The position numbers and the translations under genes were made by a program. A DNA stretch of 64,000 nucleotides. Origin: Schmidtea polychroa. Taxonomy: Eukaryota. Positions 37,501-48,408 of this stretch are shown in pieces. The DNA lies in contig CM097886.1 of NCBI GenBank assembly GCA_044892525.1, positions 107,322,001-107,386,000 on the forward strand. The letters run 5' to 3'. Numbering within the stretch: position 1 is the first letter of the stretch; the number at the start of each line of letters is the position of its first letter. The notes under the pieces are model-generated. The model was not told where the DNA came from and searched no databases. It saw only the letters and a program-made list of their open reading frames with translations.

Positions 37501-40500
37501 GTGCAGCGGTGTATCTCCATAATGGTCTGTGATCGTAAATAATATAGGCCATTGACTTTTTACTACCCTGAGTAATGGGTGTGTTCTTTCTCGGTTTGCA
37601 TAGTTTTCGATCATGGTTAGCAGACCTCCCAATATCTCAAAATCTAATCTGTCTTTTGCCCATCCGGGCATTTTAGCTTTCACTTCCTTTATGATTTTCT
37701 CGGCTTCTGATGGTTGTAACCCCAATCGGTTACCTGTTGGTTCGTTTATCTGCTGTAACACATTTATTCTATACGTTTGTGATCTTGTTGTTAATGTTCG
37801 CCCTTCCGGCTGGCTGGTGGCTGTTTTCGGTATTGGCTTACATCGTGCCACGTTTACATATATTGGCCTCGTGAAGGGGTTGTTTACCAATCGTACTCGC
37901 ACATTGGTTTCTCCGACGAATAGAATCTCATACGGACCTTTGCCGTTTCGTTGTAATTTTTTGGTGGTTCCTGGAATTAATTCTGGTGTTTCGATCATCA
38001 CCCAATCACCGGTTTGAAATGTATGTTGTTTAACGTTTTTCTTTCTATCATGCAGATCTTTGTAACTTTCCTGATAAAACTTTATATTTAATCCCGCAGT
38101 TTCCCAGATTTCTTGCATTCTTTCCTTGAACTTGGTTACATAATCATCTATTTCCATATACTGTGATATTGGTGGCTGATATTCTAAATCCATTGGCATA
38201 TTGCATTCTCTGCCGTACATCAACTTAAACGGACTCATCTTTGTGGACGCGTGAATCGACATTCTGTAAGCCATTAAACATAATTTTATATACTCGTCCC
38301 AGTCGCGTTGATGACGATCGACATAATTTGATAACATTTGAATCAGTGTTCCATTGAATCTTTCTGTCATACCATTAGTTTGTGGATGGTACGGTGATGT
38401 TCTTAATTTTGCGATCTTGAAGTAGTTGGTGACTTCGCTCATTATTTCGCTCATGAAATTTGTCCCCTGATCGGTCAGTATCTGTTTTGGTGTTCCATAT
38501 CGACAACATATCTCTTCCACTAATATTTTCGCGATTGTTTTTGCTTTCTGATCTGTCATGGCGAATGCTTCCGGGAATTTCGTCAAATAATCCGTAATCA
38601 CCAATATATATATATTCCCTCTATCTGATTCTGGTAATGGACCGACTACATCCATAGATATCATTGTCATTGGTTCTGCTGGTACTGGCATTGGCTTTAA
38701 TGGTGCCTTCCATTTTGTTCCCGTGTTTTTTCTGGTGGCGCAAGTTATGCAATTTTTCACCCATTCCGTTACATCCTCGGTCAAGGTAGGCCAAAAATAC
38801 TTTTGTTTCATTCGGGCTAACGTCTTTTTAGATGACATATGTCCTCCGAGTCTACCGTCATGATATTGCGTTAGCAAATCTTTACGTCTATTCTCGGGAA
38901 TGCACATCAGTCTTTTCTCGCCATCCATTATCAATAACCAGTCTTTCTCTATTATATATCGATGTCGATGTTTATCCATATGCTCTTTCAATTTTTGATC
39001 TTTCTCATATACCTCTGCTTTCCCTGTTTTCACATATTCAATGATTTGCTTCAACTCTGTATCCTCTTGTTGGTCTTTCCGTAATTGGCAAAAATCTAAA
39101 TCTTCTGCCACCATCAGACATATTCGTTGCATTTCGTGATCTACTAAATCTGGAAAGATAAATCTTGACATACAATCTGCATTGGCATTCGCTCTTCCCG
39201 CTTTGAATTTTATGAACGGTGAATATTCTTGTAACTGCATTGCCCATCGCATCAATCTGCTTGACGCCTCCTTATGCTGACCGAGCCATACTAATGGTTG
39301 GTGATCTGTGGTGATACATATTTCGTGTCCCCATAACAAATATCGAAAATGTTTAATCGCTTGTATAATTGCTAACGCTTCTCTCTCGGTTACGGAATAG
39401 TTTTTCTCATGCTTTTTAAACGTTCTGCTGTAGTATCCAATCACTCTTTCTTTTCCTTCTTCATCCAGTTGTCCTAATATTGCTCCGGCTGCATATCCAC
39501 TTGCATCTGTTGCTAATAAGAACGGTTTCTTGAAATCAGGATGTACCAGTATTGGGGCTTCAATTAATTTATCTCGCAATGTCTCAAATGCTTTTTGTTG
39601 TTCTGCACCCCAAATAAATGAAATATCCTTTTTCACTAATTCCTGTATTGGTTTCGCAATACCTGCATAGTTTTTGATGAATTTTCGATAATATCCGCAT
39701 AATCCGAGAAATTCTTGGACTTGAGTGACGGTTTTCGGTGCTGGACAGGTTTTTATTTTCTCTATATTTCTGGGATCTGGTTCTTTGCCTTTTGCTGACA
39801 CTATGTGTCCTAAAAACGTAACTTTCTCTTTTGCCCAATCACACTTTGATGGTTTGAGTTTCAATTTCCATTGTCGTAATCGAACGAACACGTTTCTGAT
39901 ATCCTCCAAATGTTGTTCGAATGTTGCTGAATATATTAATAAATCATCAATATATACCATGCACTGCTTGATCCCGTGCGTGACGAAATTCATACATCTC
40001 TGAAATGATGCTGGGGCATTGGTCAGTCCAAATGGCATTTTCCTGAATTGATACAGGTCTCGACCCAACGTGAAGGCCGTTTTCTCCTTGTCTTCCTCTT
40101 TAACTTTGATCTGCCAATATCCGCTTTTTAGATCTAAAGACGTAAAATATGCGGCCCCTTGCAGCATAAGTAACATCTCATTGATGTCTGGTAACGGGTA
40201 TGTGTCTCTTTTTGTTACTGCGTTTAGTTTCCGATAATCGATACAGAATCTCTGAGTACCGTCTTTTTTCTTCACCATGACTACCGGAAATTGCCATGGC
40301 GAACAACTTGGTTCGATCACTTGTGCATCTAGCATTTTTTGTACTTCTGCTTCGGCTATCTCTTTTTGCTTCTCTGCTAGTTTGTATGGACGTAGTGCGA
40401 TTGGAGTTTCGTCTATTAATGGTATTGCGTGTAATGTAACATCGCATGCTCCCAAATCTAAATCCGAAATAGCGAATATATCTTTATATTCTATCAATAA

Positions 40501-43500
40501 TTGTTGAAGTCTTTCCTTTTCTTTTTCCGTTAGCAATGTGCTATCGATTGTCCATAATTCGTCAGCTTTCGTTGTTTCATTGGTGATTTTTGGTAATTCG
40601 ATGTCTATCATGGGTGTCAATCTACCCAATCTTTCATTTTCATATATGATCTTGTCTTCTTCCTCGAAATTTGTGATGTTAATTGGTATTTCCCCTTCGT
40701 CATTTATTGTTATTATTTCTCTTGCTAATGGTAATTCTCGTCGTTTTTCGAATGATTTGCTTGGCTCAAAAATGGCTTCTCCTTCCATTCCTGCATCCAC
40801 TTTTATTTGACATATCATCTGGGATTTTGCTGGTACAATTATTTTCTCCGGACATCTGATTATTGCGTTCATTTTGCATATTCTACCCATTTTATCTTTT
40901 AGGCACATTGTTGTTAGATCTATTACTACTTCTTTGAACAATTCCGGCATTAAATCCGTTCCGATTATACATGGTTCACTCAGTTTGGGTATCACCGCTA
41001 GATACGTTTCAATTTCATTATCTTGATATCGTAACGTAGTCCACCATCTTCCTACTACGTCTACGGTTTCTTTACTGCATGCAATAATATGGATAGTTGT
41101 TTGTTCGATGTCTTTCCAACATTTACTGGGTATTTGGTTTATTGCTATTGCTGATACATTTGCTCCGGTATCTATCATTGCGCTTGTCTCTTTCCCGTTG
41201 ATTTGGATCATGACTGTTACTGCCGCGCCTCCTGGTGAACTCATTACTGCTATTGTTCTGACGTCATCAGCTTGGTCTACGCTTTTCGTTCTTCGGGTTG
41301 GCATATAGTTCATTCCTGGTTGACTTGGTAACTGTGGATACATATTTTGTGTCATGGTCAAAGCTGTTTGTTGTCCAACGATATCTGGTGGTATATAACT
41401 TCCGTTGGCTATCCAGGTATTTGTTTTTTCTTTCTCCCAATATGGCGCTGTTTCTATTGGCTTTTCATTCGGGTTTCTGCTTGGATATGGGTATTTGTCA
41501 TTCCCATTGTCGTCATCATCACTATCGCTGCTGTTTGATCGATTTCTAAATCTGTCTAAAAATTTTGGTTTGTTCTTTTTCAGTTGCGTCCTTGTTGCTT
41601 CATCATACATTGTTTTCCGAAATCGTCTACCGACTTCCTCGTCAGTCCCTTTTATTTTTGTCAGTATTTTGATTAACCGTTTTATTCTGTGTATATCTTT
41701 AGAATGACCGTGCAACACCATTGTTTTCGCCAAAAATGGTAGGAAGCCTACTATCAATTTCCAATTTACTTTCTTTTCTCTCTTATAGATATCAAAACAC
41801 GCTAACATTTGAGTCAATATTACTCTGACAATCTGAATAATTAAGATGATTCCCAATATTCCTGCCATCATTTGACCGAACACTAGAAATCTTCCCCACA
41901 TTGCTTTCATCATGTTTGACGTGGCTTGTTGAAAATGATCGGGTGACAATAATAGTTCGTAATTGGGACCTGATTGGAAATTCGTTCCCCCAGTTATGGT
42001 AACCATATTTGATAGAATGGATTCTCGTCTTGCTGGGAATAGTACGTTTAGTCGTGCTGTTTCTAAATCCTCTGCTGAGTACATACCTGCTTTTGACACA
42101 TCAATTGGTTTGAAATCTTGCTCTGTTGCGAGTTCTATTAATCCAAACTTTTTAGGCTCTTGTACTTCGGTTTTTACCGGTAACATTATCCATTTCCCAT
42201 CGGGTTTTTCATATAACGGTCCGTATGCATTTGAACAGTTAAAGGTGTTCGGATAAAATCCAATTGGGTTCATAATTCTAGTGACGGGTTGAACGAATCT
42301 GTTTTGCCCTTTGTAACTAATTTCCAACTCGTTTGCGCATTTCCCTGGTGGAATTGTGGGTTTTCTTGGCAGTCGCGCAAACGTCTTGGTACATGCATAT
42401 GTATACATTACCTCTCCCACCATTCTACCAAAATGTCCATCCGGTAACGGGAGTGATGGCATTGTGTTATCTGGGTGTGTTATTGCGATGGCTAATTTTG
42501 TTTTTAGTATCTCTTTATTCAATGAACAGTCATTTTGTATAAGATCGTAGTATACTTTTTGCATTGTCGTTTGTCCTCGATGAAATAAGAAGTCCATTTT
42601 GTTATTGGCGTACAAGTACAATTTTACGTCCTCTGTTGATACCTTTCCCACTGCTCGGTCTATTACTTGCCTTGACATGTAGATACCTGCGTAGTTCGTC
42701 CGATATACTATGCTGTCACATTTGGTGGTCTCTTTTTCTCTGATGAATCTCATACCGATATCTGGATCATCTGTAATTAATGCCGTTGGTGTTTTTTGTG
42801 TTGTGAGTCTCTTTTCTTTGGGGGATGGTGGAACTGGTTTCCCATTTCGCATCCTTACGTTTCCATTCTCTTCATCGTCGTCTTCGTTTTCGTAAATTTC
42901 TCCTTTTACTTCATTGAATAGGGCACTTTTTAACAATTGGAGTCGGCATTTTTGGGTGTTAGCTTCATAGATTATAGTCGAAATTCCCGTTCTGCACACG
43001 TTTTCCGTAGCTCTGCATGCTGGGTTGGTTTTCATTTGATAGTTGTTTGCGTCGAATTGTGCTTCGTATTCCTTCAACTCCACTGTGTAGGACTCAATTA
43101 CTACTACTCCCGATATCACCTCTCCTCTGATCGTATATGTGCCTCCGTTACATGATCCATCAGTTGATTTTACTCGTCCGGCTACATAGATACTTTCCGT
43201 CTTGATCATTCCGCTTTGTCCGTGTATTGTTACTCCATCCCTGATTCTCATCGCTCCGGTTCTAAAAAGCTCTTTACAGTCTTCCCGTTGTATAGGTACT
43301 ATTTCTTTATCTAATCCAGGTAATATGAGGGTTGAATATGAGTATTGTCCACAGTAGTATGCCAACACTTTCTTCGATACTACGCATTCTCTAGCTTGCG
43401 TTCTAATGAAATCTGATTCTTGGTATACGTGATAGGAGACTTTCTTTTTTACTATATCTAATTTATTCGGAGATGCCTGTCTACATTCCTCTATATCTCT

Positions 43501-46500
43501 CAGGGAGTATCTTTCTCCTATTATCGAATTGTCACAGTCGTAAATTGTAAATCCCGCGGCTCCACTGGTGCAGAGCATCCATATCATCATGGTCATCATT
43601 AGTGAATTAATCGACGCTTTTCTGCTGGCTGGGTCTTTCAATGGCAATTCCCATTCCAGCTCGTTTAGCAATTTCTTCAACCGAATTTGCATTGATCTCT
43701 CTTGGTCGTTTTTTCGTGGCGCTTGTATGAGTCTTTTCCACCCACCGGCACGGATAATATGTGGTTCGATTGTATTTTCAATGATTGTAACGGTCATTTC
43801 TACATGATTTGCGAATTGTTTGTTAGGTATTTTCCTTGCTGCTAATCCCATCAAATTGTACATTAGATACGTTAATACTACTAAATGATGTTCGTCGTCG
43901 TTTGCGTTTAAAGTTAATTGTTCAATTACTCTTCTTGTCTCTTCCCAATCGGTTTTAGTGGTTTTTGTCTTCTCTTTGATTAATTTCGGAATTATTCCGG
44001 ATATTGTATTCCATAGCTGTCTGGCATCTACGCTTGCTACTTTTCGTTGCCATAACCGTCGCAATTGTGGGTTCGTTATTATTAGCATATCTTTTACTAG
44101 CTCTCGTATCCATTTTTCGCCTCTTTCGATTGTTGGCTGGGCCTCTTTTAGATCCCACACTATTTTATCCAGTTTCTCCAATCTGACTTGTCCTTGTTCT
44201 TGTTTCAGTTGTTCTCTGGTTTTGAATTCTGGTTTTTCTCCTTGCTTCCTAGGTCTTCCTTTTGCCCGTTTCTCCATCATTGTTCCAGTCTCTCTGGTTG
44301 TTTCGTAACTCGGGTTTCTCTCATTATCTGTTCTTGGCAATGAGCTATCGTTGTTTCTCAACCACTCATTCCATTCGTCTATTATTTTGTCCGTTTGACC
44401 TTCTGGTGTTGCTTTCGTTGGTCCTTTCTGTCGTTGGAATTGTTCGTCGGTTTCGGTTTCTGTTGTATTATCGATAATCTCCTCGATACTTAGCTTATTT
44501 GGCTGCTGATAGCTAGTTGACGGTTGGCTTGTTGTCCATATTTCGGCTCCTGTCGGCCATCTTACCAGAATTTGTGATCTTTCCCCAGCTCCTTCATCGC
44601 TGTCTTCCAATATGATCTCCTCGATCTCCTCGGTTTCGTTTGATTTACTCGCCACTTTGTTAGGGCTTGGTGTACTCAAGCTACCTTTCGTAGGTTTACT
44701 GGATTTGCTCTTCCTTTTAATCGGTTTTCCCAATGTTTCTGCCATTGTCAATACATTGATCTCCCCCAATCTCATGGGTGTTATTCCGACATCTGCATTA
44801 TCATCCAACGATTTTCCGAATAGTTGTAGGTGAAATGGAGTTTCGTATGCTAATTTCTTTTTTAACTCTCTGATCTTTGTTGTTGGATGTACTTCTGTAT
44901 CCTCAATGCTTTGGTCGGGATACTTGACTCGGATACGATACCTTTCCTGGGTATCTTGTGCCCATTCTTGGTTTCTCCATTTCCTAATAATTTGTTCTAG
45001 CTGCTCTGGGTACCATTCGTTATATTGTCGGTATTCCTCAATCGCTTTCGCCATTTCTCTTAGATTGTGGATATTCTCTGATGTCTTTAGGATGATGTTA
45101 GCCAATGCTATTACTTGTCGTTTTTGATTTTTTGCTCCCGTTGCTAAGATATCACCTAATTGTTTATATCTTTCCTTCTCTTCTCGTTCTCGAGCTTCCA
45201 TCGCTTCTTCGCTGTCCATATCGGCATATTCGCGTTCTTTCTTTCTCATCGCATGAATATGTCTGGTTTCCGTTTCACTTTCTGACGTAACATCCGTTTC
45301 GCTTTCGTCGTCCGATATCGATTCTATTTCGTCCTCTTCGTATTTTGGAGGTTCATCTTCCTCTTCTTCTGATTCACTTTCTGTCTCACCAATGTCTGTT
45401 TCTACGAAAATCCCTTTCCTGATTTCCCATTCTTTGTTTTCCGCATTCCACATCCTTTCCCATGGGGTTCGTCTGCAGGATCTAGTACTCAGTTTCTTTA
45501 TTTTTCCTTGAAGCTCTTTTTCTTTTAGCCACTGTTGATGAATTTCAATTATCTCTACTGATTTTTGGTATAGCGTTTTCATCCTGTCTCGTATTTCTTT
45601 CTGGTATGTTACATCTCTTGTTCGGAATTCGTCCATGGGCAATATTTTGATGATTTGATGATTATCCCACATTCCCATTTCACTTAACGAGGTATCGTCT
45701 TCAGCCCGTAATATTATTTTATCGTACATCATGACTACGTCATCTATCATACCATCACTACTCTCGCTTCGTACCTTTTCCGTTATCTCTTGGTTTATCT
45801 TGGTTACTAAGTCATCCACCGTACTCTGATTACTCATCTTTATTCGTCGTTTCTCCTCGTTTGGTAACCATATGGTTATTTCTAATTTCTGCGGTTGCGT
45901 TTCTTTTAATCTTCCGTATTTGTGGATCAAATTTATGGTTCTCCAATCGCTCATCCTGAGCAATTCTGTATCTCGTAATCGGCTCATTAGTTCATGCATA
46001 GTTGGGGTTCGTTTTGCTATGAGCAAATCCCAGTTGTCTTCAACTTGTTCTTGGATTTGTTTGATTAGTTTATCTAGATTCCGCCTTAAAGTGCATTGTT
46101 TTATTTGTTCCAATTTCAGCTTGATATTGAAATCGTATTCAGCCTTGGCGTCTTTAGCCCATTCATGAACATTAGCTGGTTGCTTCTCTTTATGCAACTT
46201 CAATATTTGAGTTTCTCCTGGCCAGATCAATGCATCTATTAGGTGCATGTCTGGTTTGATTTGTTCTCCTTGATATTGATACAGATATTCTTTCTTTCTT
46301 GAATTACCCAAATGTTCTCTTATCCAATCGAAAAGATCGTCTGTAACTGTATTTTTTATCCATATTCTCTCGAGTCCTTTACTCGTTCCGATTTTTATTA
46401 CGTAGCGTGTTGTCTCCGCTTGTTTCATTTTTTCCATATACTTCTTTATTATCGCTTTCTCCTCGCTTGGTATTAAATCTTTTTCGTTTCTTTCCAGTTT

Positions 46501-48408
46501 CATTATCTTTTGTATGAAGCGTCTGTATGGTATGATGTCAATGAAATCCTGGTTTCTTACCACCACTGGAAGTATTTCTTTTACTTGTTTTATCGCCTCT
46601 TCTTTTTCCTTTCTCAGTTTCATCTCGATATTCTCATCTTCACTTTCGCTTGCCACATCGCTTTCACTTTTCTCCTCATCTTCTCCGATCTTTTTCTTTA
46701 GTTGTTCGATATTTTCATTTAACTGTAATATTTCTCCACCAAGGCTACTCACATAATCCTCCTCGTCATCTGTTGACAATACCTTCTTTGTCGTCCTCAT
46801 CATGTTAATTCGTAAGTTTCTCATTCTTGATACTTTCTTGAGCTTTTTATTCTCAAATATCGTTAATTCTTCCGATTCTAATTCTTGTACCATTTCATGG
46901 GTTAAATGACTAGTTTGTTTCTCGTTTCCGTCATTTATCGCTTCTGCTTCTGTTTTTGTTTTCTCATGTTCTCTTTCGATCTTATCTTTTATCTTTTTCC
47001 AAAATATTTTCTGGATTCTCTGATTTCCCTTTAGTGGTGTTGTTGGATTTTCCTTTTTATCTTCCGTAACCGTTTCTTTCGGCTTCTCTGGTTCGATCAT
47101 AGGTACAACTCTTGGATTTTTACCATAATTGTAACAATATTGCTCCTTTATCTCTTTTACCATTCTCATCATATTTATTCGTAATGGTTGTTCTTGTCGC
47201 TGCTGAATTCGCTCTCTTTTTATTCTCTCTTCCTCAGCTTGTAGTCTCTGCCATTCTTGTGCATGTTGTTGCACTTCATAATTGTTAAGATTTTCGGTGC
47301 TCCTCATCATACGTATATTCTGAGTTTGTTGTGCTACTGGTTCTTGTCTCGGTCTCATCATTTGTTGCATCATCTGTTTCATTTGTGAAATTTCTTGCAT
47401 CACGTTCATTTGCTTTCCTTCACTGGGGTTACTTTGTCGTTGCGGATTAGGTGCATAATTATTGTTTCGTTGTGGTGGTTGTTGTTGTTGGCTCCTTTCT
47501 CGGCAATCTCTTGAGATGTGACCTGGCTGACCGCAGTTAAAGCATCCTCTCAACTGGCATATATTTTCCGTGTGTCCTCGTCGTCCGCATCTATTACAAT
47601 TTGCGTTTCGGTAACAATTTCTATCCCAATGTCCTGGTTTACCGCATGTTCGGCATTGTTTGTTATCGTTCGTATTTCGTCGATTATTAAAATTATTTCC
47701 ATTGTTCGAGTTGTTGCGTTCACTGTTATTCCCGTTTGATCGTCCTTGCGGTGGTTTGAAAATTTGATGCGCACCTGGTATAAACTGATTCATCTTCGGT
47801 TCATGATTGTTGTTATCTCCATTTTCCGTTTTCACCGTTGCTGATGCGATTCTTCCCTCCTCCTGCATGACATTCATTTGTGCCGGGAGGTGTAGTTCGC
47901 ATCTTGTGGCCCAATCTATGGCCTCTTCTAGTGTTTTACACATCTGACATCCCACCGAGGCTCTTACCTCTTCCCGGCGTAGTCCTTCTATGAAGTAACC
48001 AATTAGATTTTCCTCCGGCAAGTTTCCGTTCATGGCCTTCTTTGCCAATCTTCGCAATTCGCTCGCGTATAACGTTATTGATTCATTGGCTCTTTGTTTT
48101 CTACTCGCTAATTCTCCTAGGGCTTGATTTATTGGTTTGCTGGCCCCGAATGTTTTCCTCAAAAATGTTTTGATGCTTTCCCAATTGTCTAATTTCGTAT
48201 TCCTCTCTTTTGCTTCTAGGTATACTTCGAGTGCGCTATCGCACAAAAACAGAGGCATTCGTTTACTAATTGCTTCCGCTGTCCATCCGCACACATCGAT
48301 ATAGACTTCAAAATTTGTTATGAACGTTGCCAACTTGTTCGCATTCCCGTTAAACGGTTCGCCTCTAAATTTTTCTTTATACTCGTCGGTTTTTACCACA
48401 TTCATCAT
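34534..48408 (-). CDS. 4,624-aa polyprotein, copy 2
   Basis: Same as copy 1 except one noticed substitution (IIRFPEK to IIRCPEK; 14441 A vs 40853 C). Confidence 0.97.
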   Translation of the reverse strand: MMNVVKTDEYKEKFRGEPFNGNANKLATFITNFEVYIDVCGWTAEAISKRMPLFLCDSALEVYLEAKERNTKLDNWESIKTFLRKTFGASKPINQALGELASRKQRANESITLYASELRRLAKKAMNGNLPEENLIGYFIEGLRREEVRASVGCQMCKTLEEAIDWATRCELHLPAQMNVMQEEGRIASATVKTENGDNNNHEPKMNQFIPGAHQIFKPPQGRSNGNNSERNNSNNGNNFNNRRNTNDNKQCRTCGKPGHWDRNCYRNANCNRCGRRGHTENICQLRGCFNCGQPGHISRDCRERSQQQQPPQRNNNYAPNPQRQSNPSEGKQMNVMQEISQMKQMMQQMMRPRQEPVAQQTQNIRMMRSTENLNNYEVQQHAQEWQRLQAEEERIKRERIQQRQEQPLRINMMRMVKEIKEQYCYNYGKNPRVVPMIEPEKPKETVTEDKKENPTTPLKGNQRIQKIFWKKIKDKIEREHEKTKTEAEAINDGNEKQTSHLTHEMVQELESEELTIFENKKLKKVSRMRNLRINMMRTTKKVLSTDDEEDYVSSLGGEILQLNENIEQLKKKIGEDEEKSESDVASESEDENIEMKLRKEKEEAIKQVKEILPVVVRNQDFIDIIPYRRFIQKIMKLERNEKDLIPSEEKAIIKKYMEKMKQAETTRYVIKIGTSKGLERIWIKNTVTDDLFDWIREHLGNSRKKEYLYQYQGEQIKPDMHLIDALIWPGETQILKLHKEKQPANVHEWAKDAKAEYDFNIKLKLEQIKQCTLRRNLDKLIKQIQEQVEDNWDLLIAKRTPTMHELMSRLRDTELLRMSDWRTINLIHKYGRLKETQPQKLEITIWLPNEEKRRIKMSNQSTVDDLVTKINQEITEKVRSESSDGMIDDVVMMYDKIILRAEDDTSLSEMGMWDNHQIIKILPMDEFRTRDVTYQKEIRDRMKTLYQKSVEIIEIHQQWLKEKELQGKIKKLSTRSCRRTPWERMWNAENKEWEIRKGIFVETDIGETESESEEEEDEPPKYEEDEIESISDDESETDVTSESETETRHIHAMRKKEREYADMDSEEAMEAREREEKERYKQLGDILATGAKNQKRQVIALANIILKTSENIHNLREMAKAIEEYRQYNEWYPEQLEQIIRKWRNQEWAQDTQERYRIRVKYPDQSIEDTEVHPTTKIRELKKKLAYETPFHLQLFGKSLDDNADVGITPMRLGEINVLTMAETLGKPIKRKSKSSKPTKGSLSTPSPNKVASKSNETEEIEEIILEDSDEGAGERSQILVRWPTGAEIWTTSQPSTSYQQPNKLSIEEIIDNTTETETDEQFQRQKGPTKATPEGQTDKIIDEWNEWLRNNDSSLPRTDNERNPSYETTRETGTMMEKRAKGRPRKQGEKPEFKTREQLKQEQGQVRLEKLDKIVWDLKEAQPTIERGEKWIRELVKDMLIITNPQLRRLWQRKVASVDARQLWNTISGIIPKLIKEKTKTTKTDWEETRRVIEQLTLNANDDEHHLVVLTYLMYNLMGLAARKIPNKQFANHVEMTVTIIENTIEPHIIRAGGWKRLIQAPRKNDQERSMQIRLKKLLNELEWELPLKDPASRKASINSLMMTMMIWMLCTSGAAGFTIYDCDNSIIGERYSLRDIEECRQASPNKLDIVKKKVSYHVYQESDFIRTQARECVVSKKVLAYYCGQYSYSTLILPGLDKEIVPIQREDCKELFRTGAMRIRDGVTIHGQSGMIKTESIYVAGRVKSTDGSCNGGTYTIRGEVISGVVVIESYTVELKEYEAQFDANNYQMKTNPACRATENVCRTGISTIIYEANTQKCRLQLLKSALFNEVKGEIYENEDDDEENGNVRMRNGKPVPPSPKEKRLTTQKTPTALITDDPDIGMRFIREKETTKCDSIVYRTNYAGIYMSRQVIDRAVGKVSTEDVKLYLYANNKMDFLFHRGQTTMQKVYYDLIQNDCSLNKEILKTKLAIAITHPDNTMPSLPLPDGHFGRMVGEVMYTYACTKTFARLPRKPTIPPGKCANELEISYKGQNRFVQPVTRIMNPIGFYPNTFNCSNAYGPLYEKPDGKWIMLPVKTEVQEPKKFGLIELATEQDFKPIDVSKAGMYSAEDLETARLNVLFPARRESILSNMVTITGGTNFQSGPNYELLLSPDHFQQATSNMMKAMWGRFLVFGQMMAGILGIILIIQIVRVILTQMLACFDIYKREKKVNWKLIVGFLPFLAKTMVLHGHSKDIHRIKRLIKILTKIKGTDEEVGRRFRKTMYDEATRTQLKKNKPKFLDRFRNRSNSSDSDDDDNGNDKYPYPSRNPNEKPIETAPYWEKEKTNTWIANGSYIPPDIVGQQTALTMTQNMYPQLPSQPGMNYMPTRRTKSVDQADDVRTIAVMSSPGGAAVTVMIQINGKETSAMIDTGANVSAIAINQIPSKCWKDIEQTTIHIIACSKETVDVVGRWWTTLRYQDNEIETYLAVIPKLSEPCIIGTDLMPELFKEVVIDLTTMCLKDKMGRICKMNAIIRCPEKIIVPAKSQMICQIKVDAGMEGEAIFEPSKSFEKRRELPLAREIITINDEGEIPINITNFEEEDKIIYENERLGRLTPMIDIELPKITNETTKADELWTIDSTLLTEKEKERLQQLLIEYKDIFAISDLDLGACDVTLHAIPLIDETPIALRPYKLAEKQKEIAEAEVQKMLDAQVIEPSCSPWQFPVVMVKKKDGTQRFCIDYRKLNAVTKRDTYPLPDINEMLLMLQGAAYFTSLDLKSGYWQIKVKEEDKEKTAFTLGRDLYQFRKMPFGLTNAPASFQRCMNFVTHGIKQCMVYIDDLLIYSATFEQHLEDIRNVFVRLRQWKLKLKPSKCDWAKEKVTFLGHIVSAKGKEPDPRNIEKIKTCPAPKTVTQVQEFLGLCGYYRKFIKNYAGIAKPIQELVKKDISFIWGAEQQKAFETLRDKLIEAPILVHPDFKKPFLLATDASGYAAGAILGQLDEEGKERVIGYYSRTFKKHEKNYSVTEREALAIIQAIKHFRYLLWGHEICITTDHQPLVWLGQHKEASSRLMRWAMQLQEYSPFIKFKAGRANANADCMSRFIFPDLVDHEMQRICLMVAEDLDFCQLRKDQQEDTELKQIIEYVKTGKAEVYEKDQKLKEHMDKHRHRYIIEKDWLLIMDGEKRLMCIPENRRKDLLTQYHDGRLGGHMSSKKTLARMKQKYFWPTLTEDVTEWVKNCITCATRKNTGTKWKAPLKPMPVPAEPMTMISMDVVGPLPESDRGNIYILVITDYLTKFPEAFAMTDQKAKTIAKILVEEICCRYGTPKQILTDQGTNFMSEIMSEVTNYFKIAKLRTSPYHPQTNGMTERFNGTLIQMLSNYVDRHQRDWDEYIKLCLMAYRMSIHASTKMSPFKLMYGRECNMPMDLEYQPPISQYMEIDDYVTKFKERMQEIWETAGLNIKFYQESYKDLHDRKKNVKQHTFQTGDWVMIETPELIPGTTKKLQRNGKGPYEILFVGETNVRVRLVNNPFTRPIYVNVARCKPIPKTATSQPEGRTLTTRSQTYRINVLQQINEPTGNRLGLQPSEAEKIIKEVKAKMPGWAKDRLDFEILGGLLTMIENYANRERTHPLLRVVKSQWPILFTITDHYGDTPLHKLLKVGNNEQILETIEAFRDCNISTDQENNQGYTPLMIAANRDKAKDINIALLETGSKITTQDHNQKNALHHAIEGKSTKAFIILVDLLSYEDNREIGNMYDGLLTAIKEKLITIAGLLIAWRNPIKNDYMVDINETFTKGENTLMREAMRGHHLFEIPNQLLQRGIKFSNHKDEQLIRKRITNFEKAISQFTDKVQEKFWETVSVLYMMETMNDIRENYLSIIQVLTAEERINSSNQKRIKTKKITARESEKRVNQIISDIATTSKPKIINSDQEIVVRKAKEVFVEERQDLSDEAILAKITKTVHTYARDQTTNLDIGKIKTFIPLAFTLPTKDSRTPLQQAILAAKENRAITIIRILRDFGEESNAKNEQGETAMMYAAITKIHPKTLHILHQSGSSLDEISNEGNSTMDWATIQPNLEMIRFICKNATRTEVENICKNTSQFQWNTIRKNLEAMKLLLTWKLPQSNKYAININEFYENGENAMVKNTLTKGGTPKIITIVLNREDLKFTQNLNEQKRIGKHRRIQLRELVKEWNRKRHAATGRKEFEFEAKLARNRVLTAYRRLLNDINVEDDILNDSGGDKDDKDDDNNEKGRNGNKEKEKSEENNQENNDASRKKEENNPGNRMKQEEKTNSGKQRVCLLFTNKEVETNMMIMILVLTMVEMITAQGGMRTIKEAKETENKDNKEEELKQEKKKQVQEQQWDLKEEWDLKERCILGRCMSRAYQRLVLKNEDAEPITEVGIQEAYQHRNGKKITKVKWKEVHLSKGGEIVITQLQPRKEHKVCISRLGPGENCLQYVTQQQPPKEYTVCILRNGPERECRRYPGKRGKKRKINDEKDEQGKRKKTGEKYQDNYVSEEEMEKIQRMAKEGMNEEIARIRGMIKGNGKDGNLKSTEAISTIMNKEKAEIISVKQMMWISGIIITGAFLIITGGTIKIIKDRRHRGELEMARIRNFQHRVKRPSNIKQEQWVEAWNAQRPPSSRI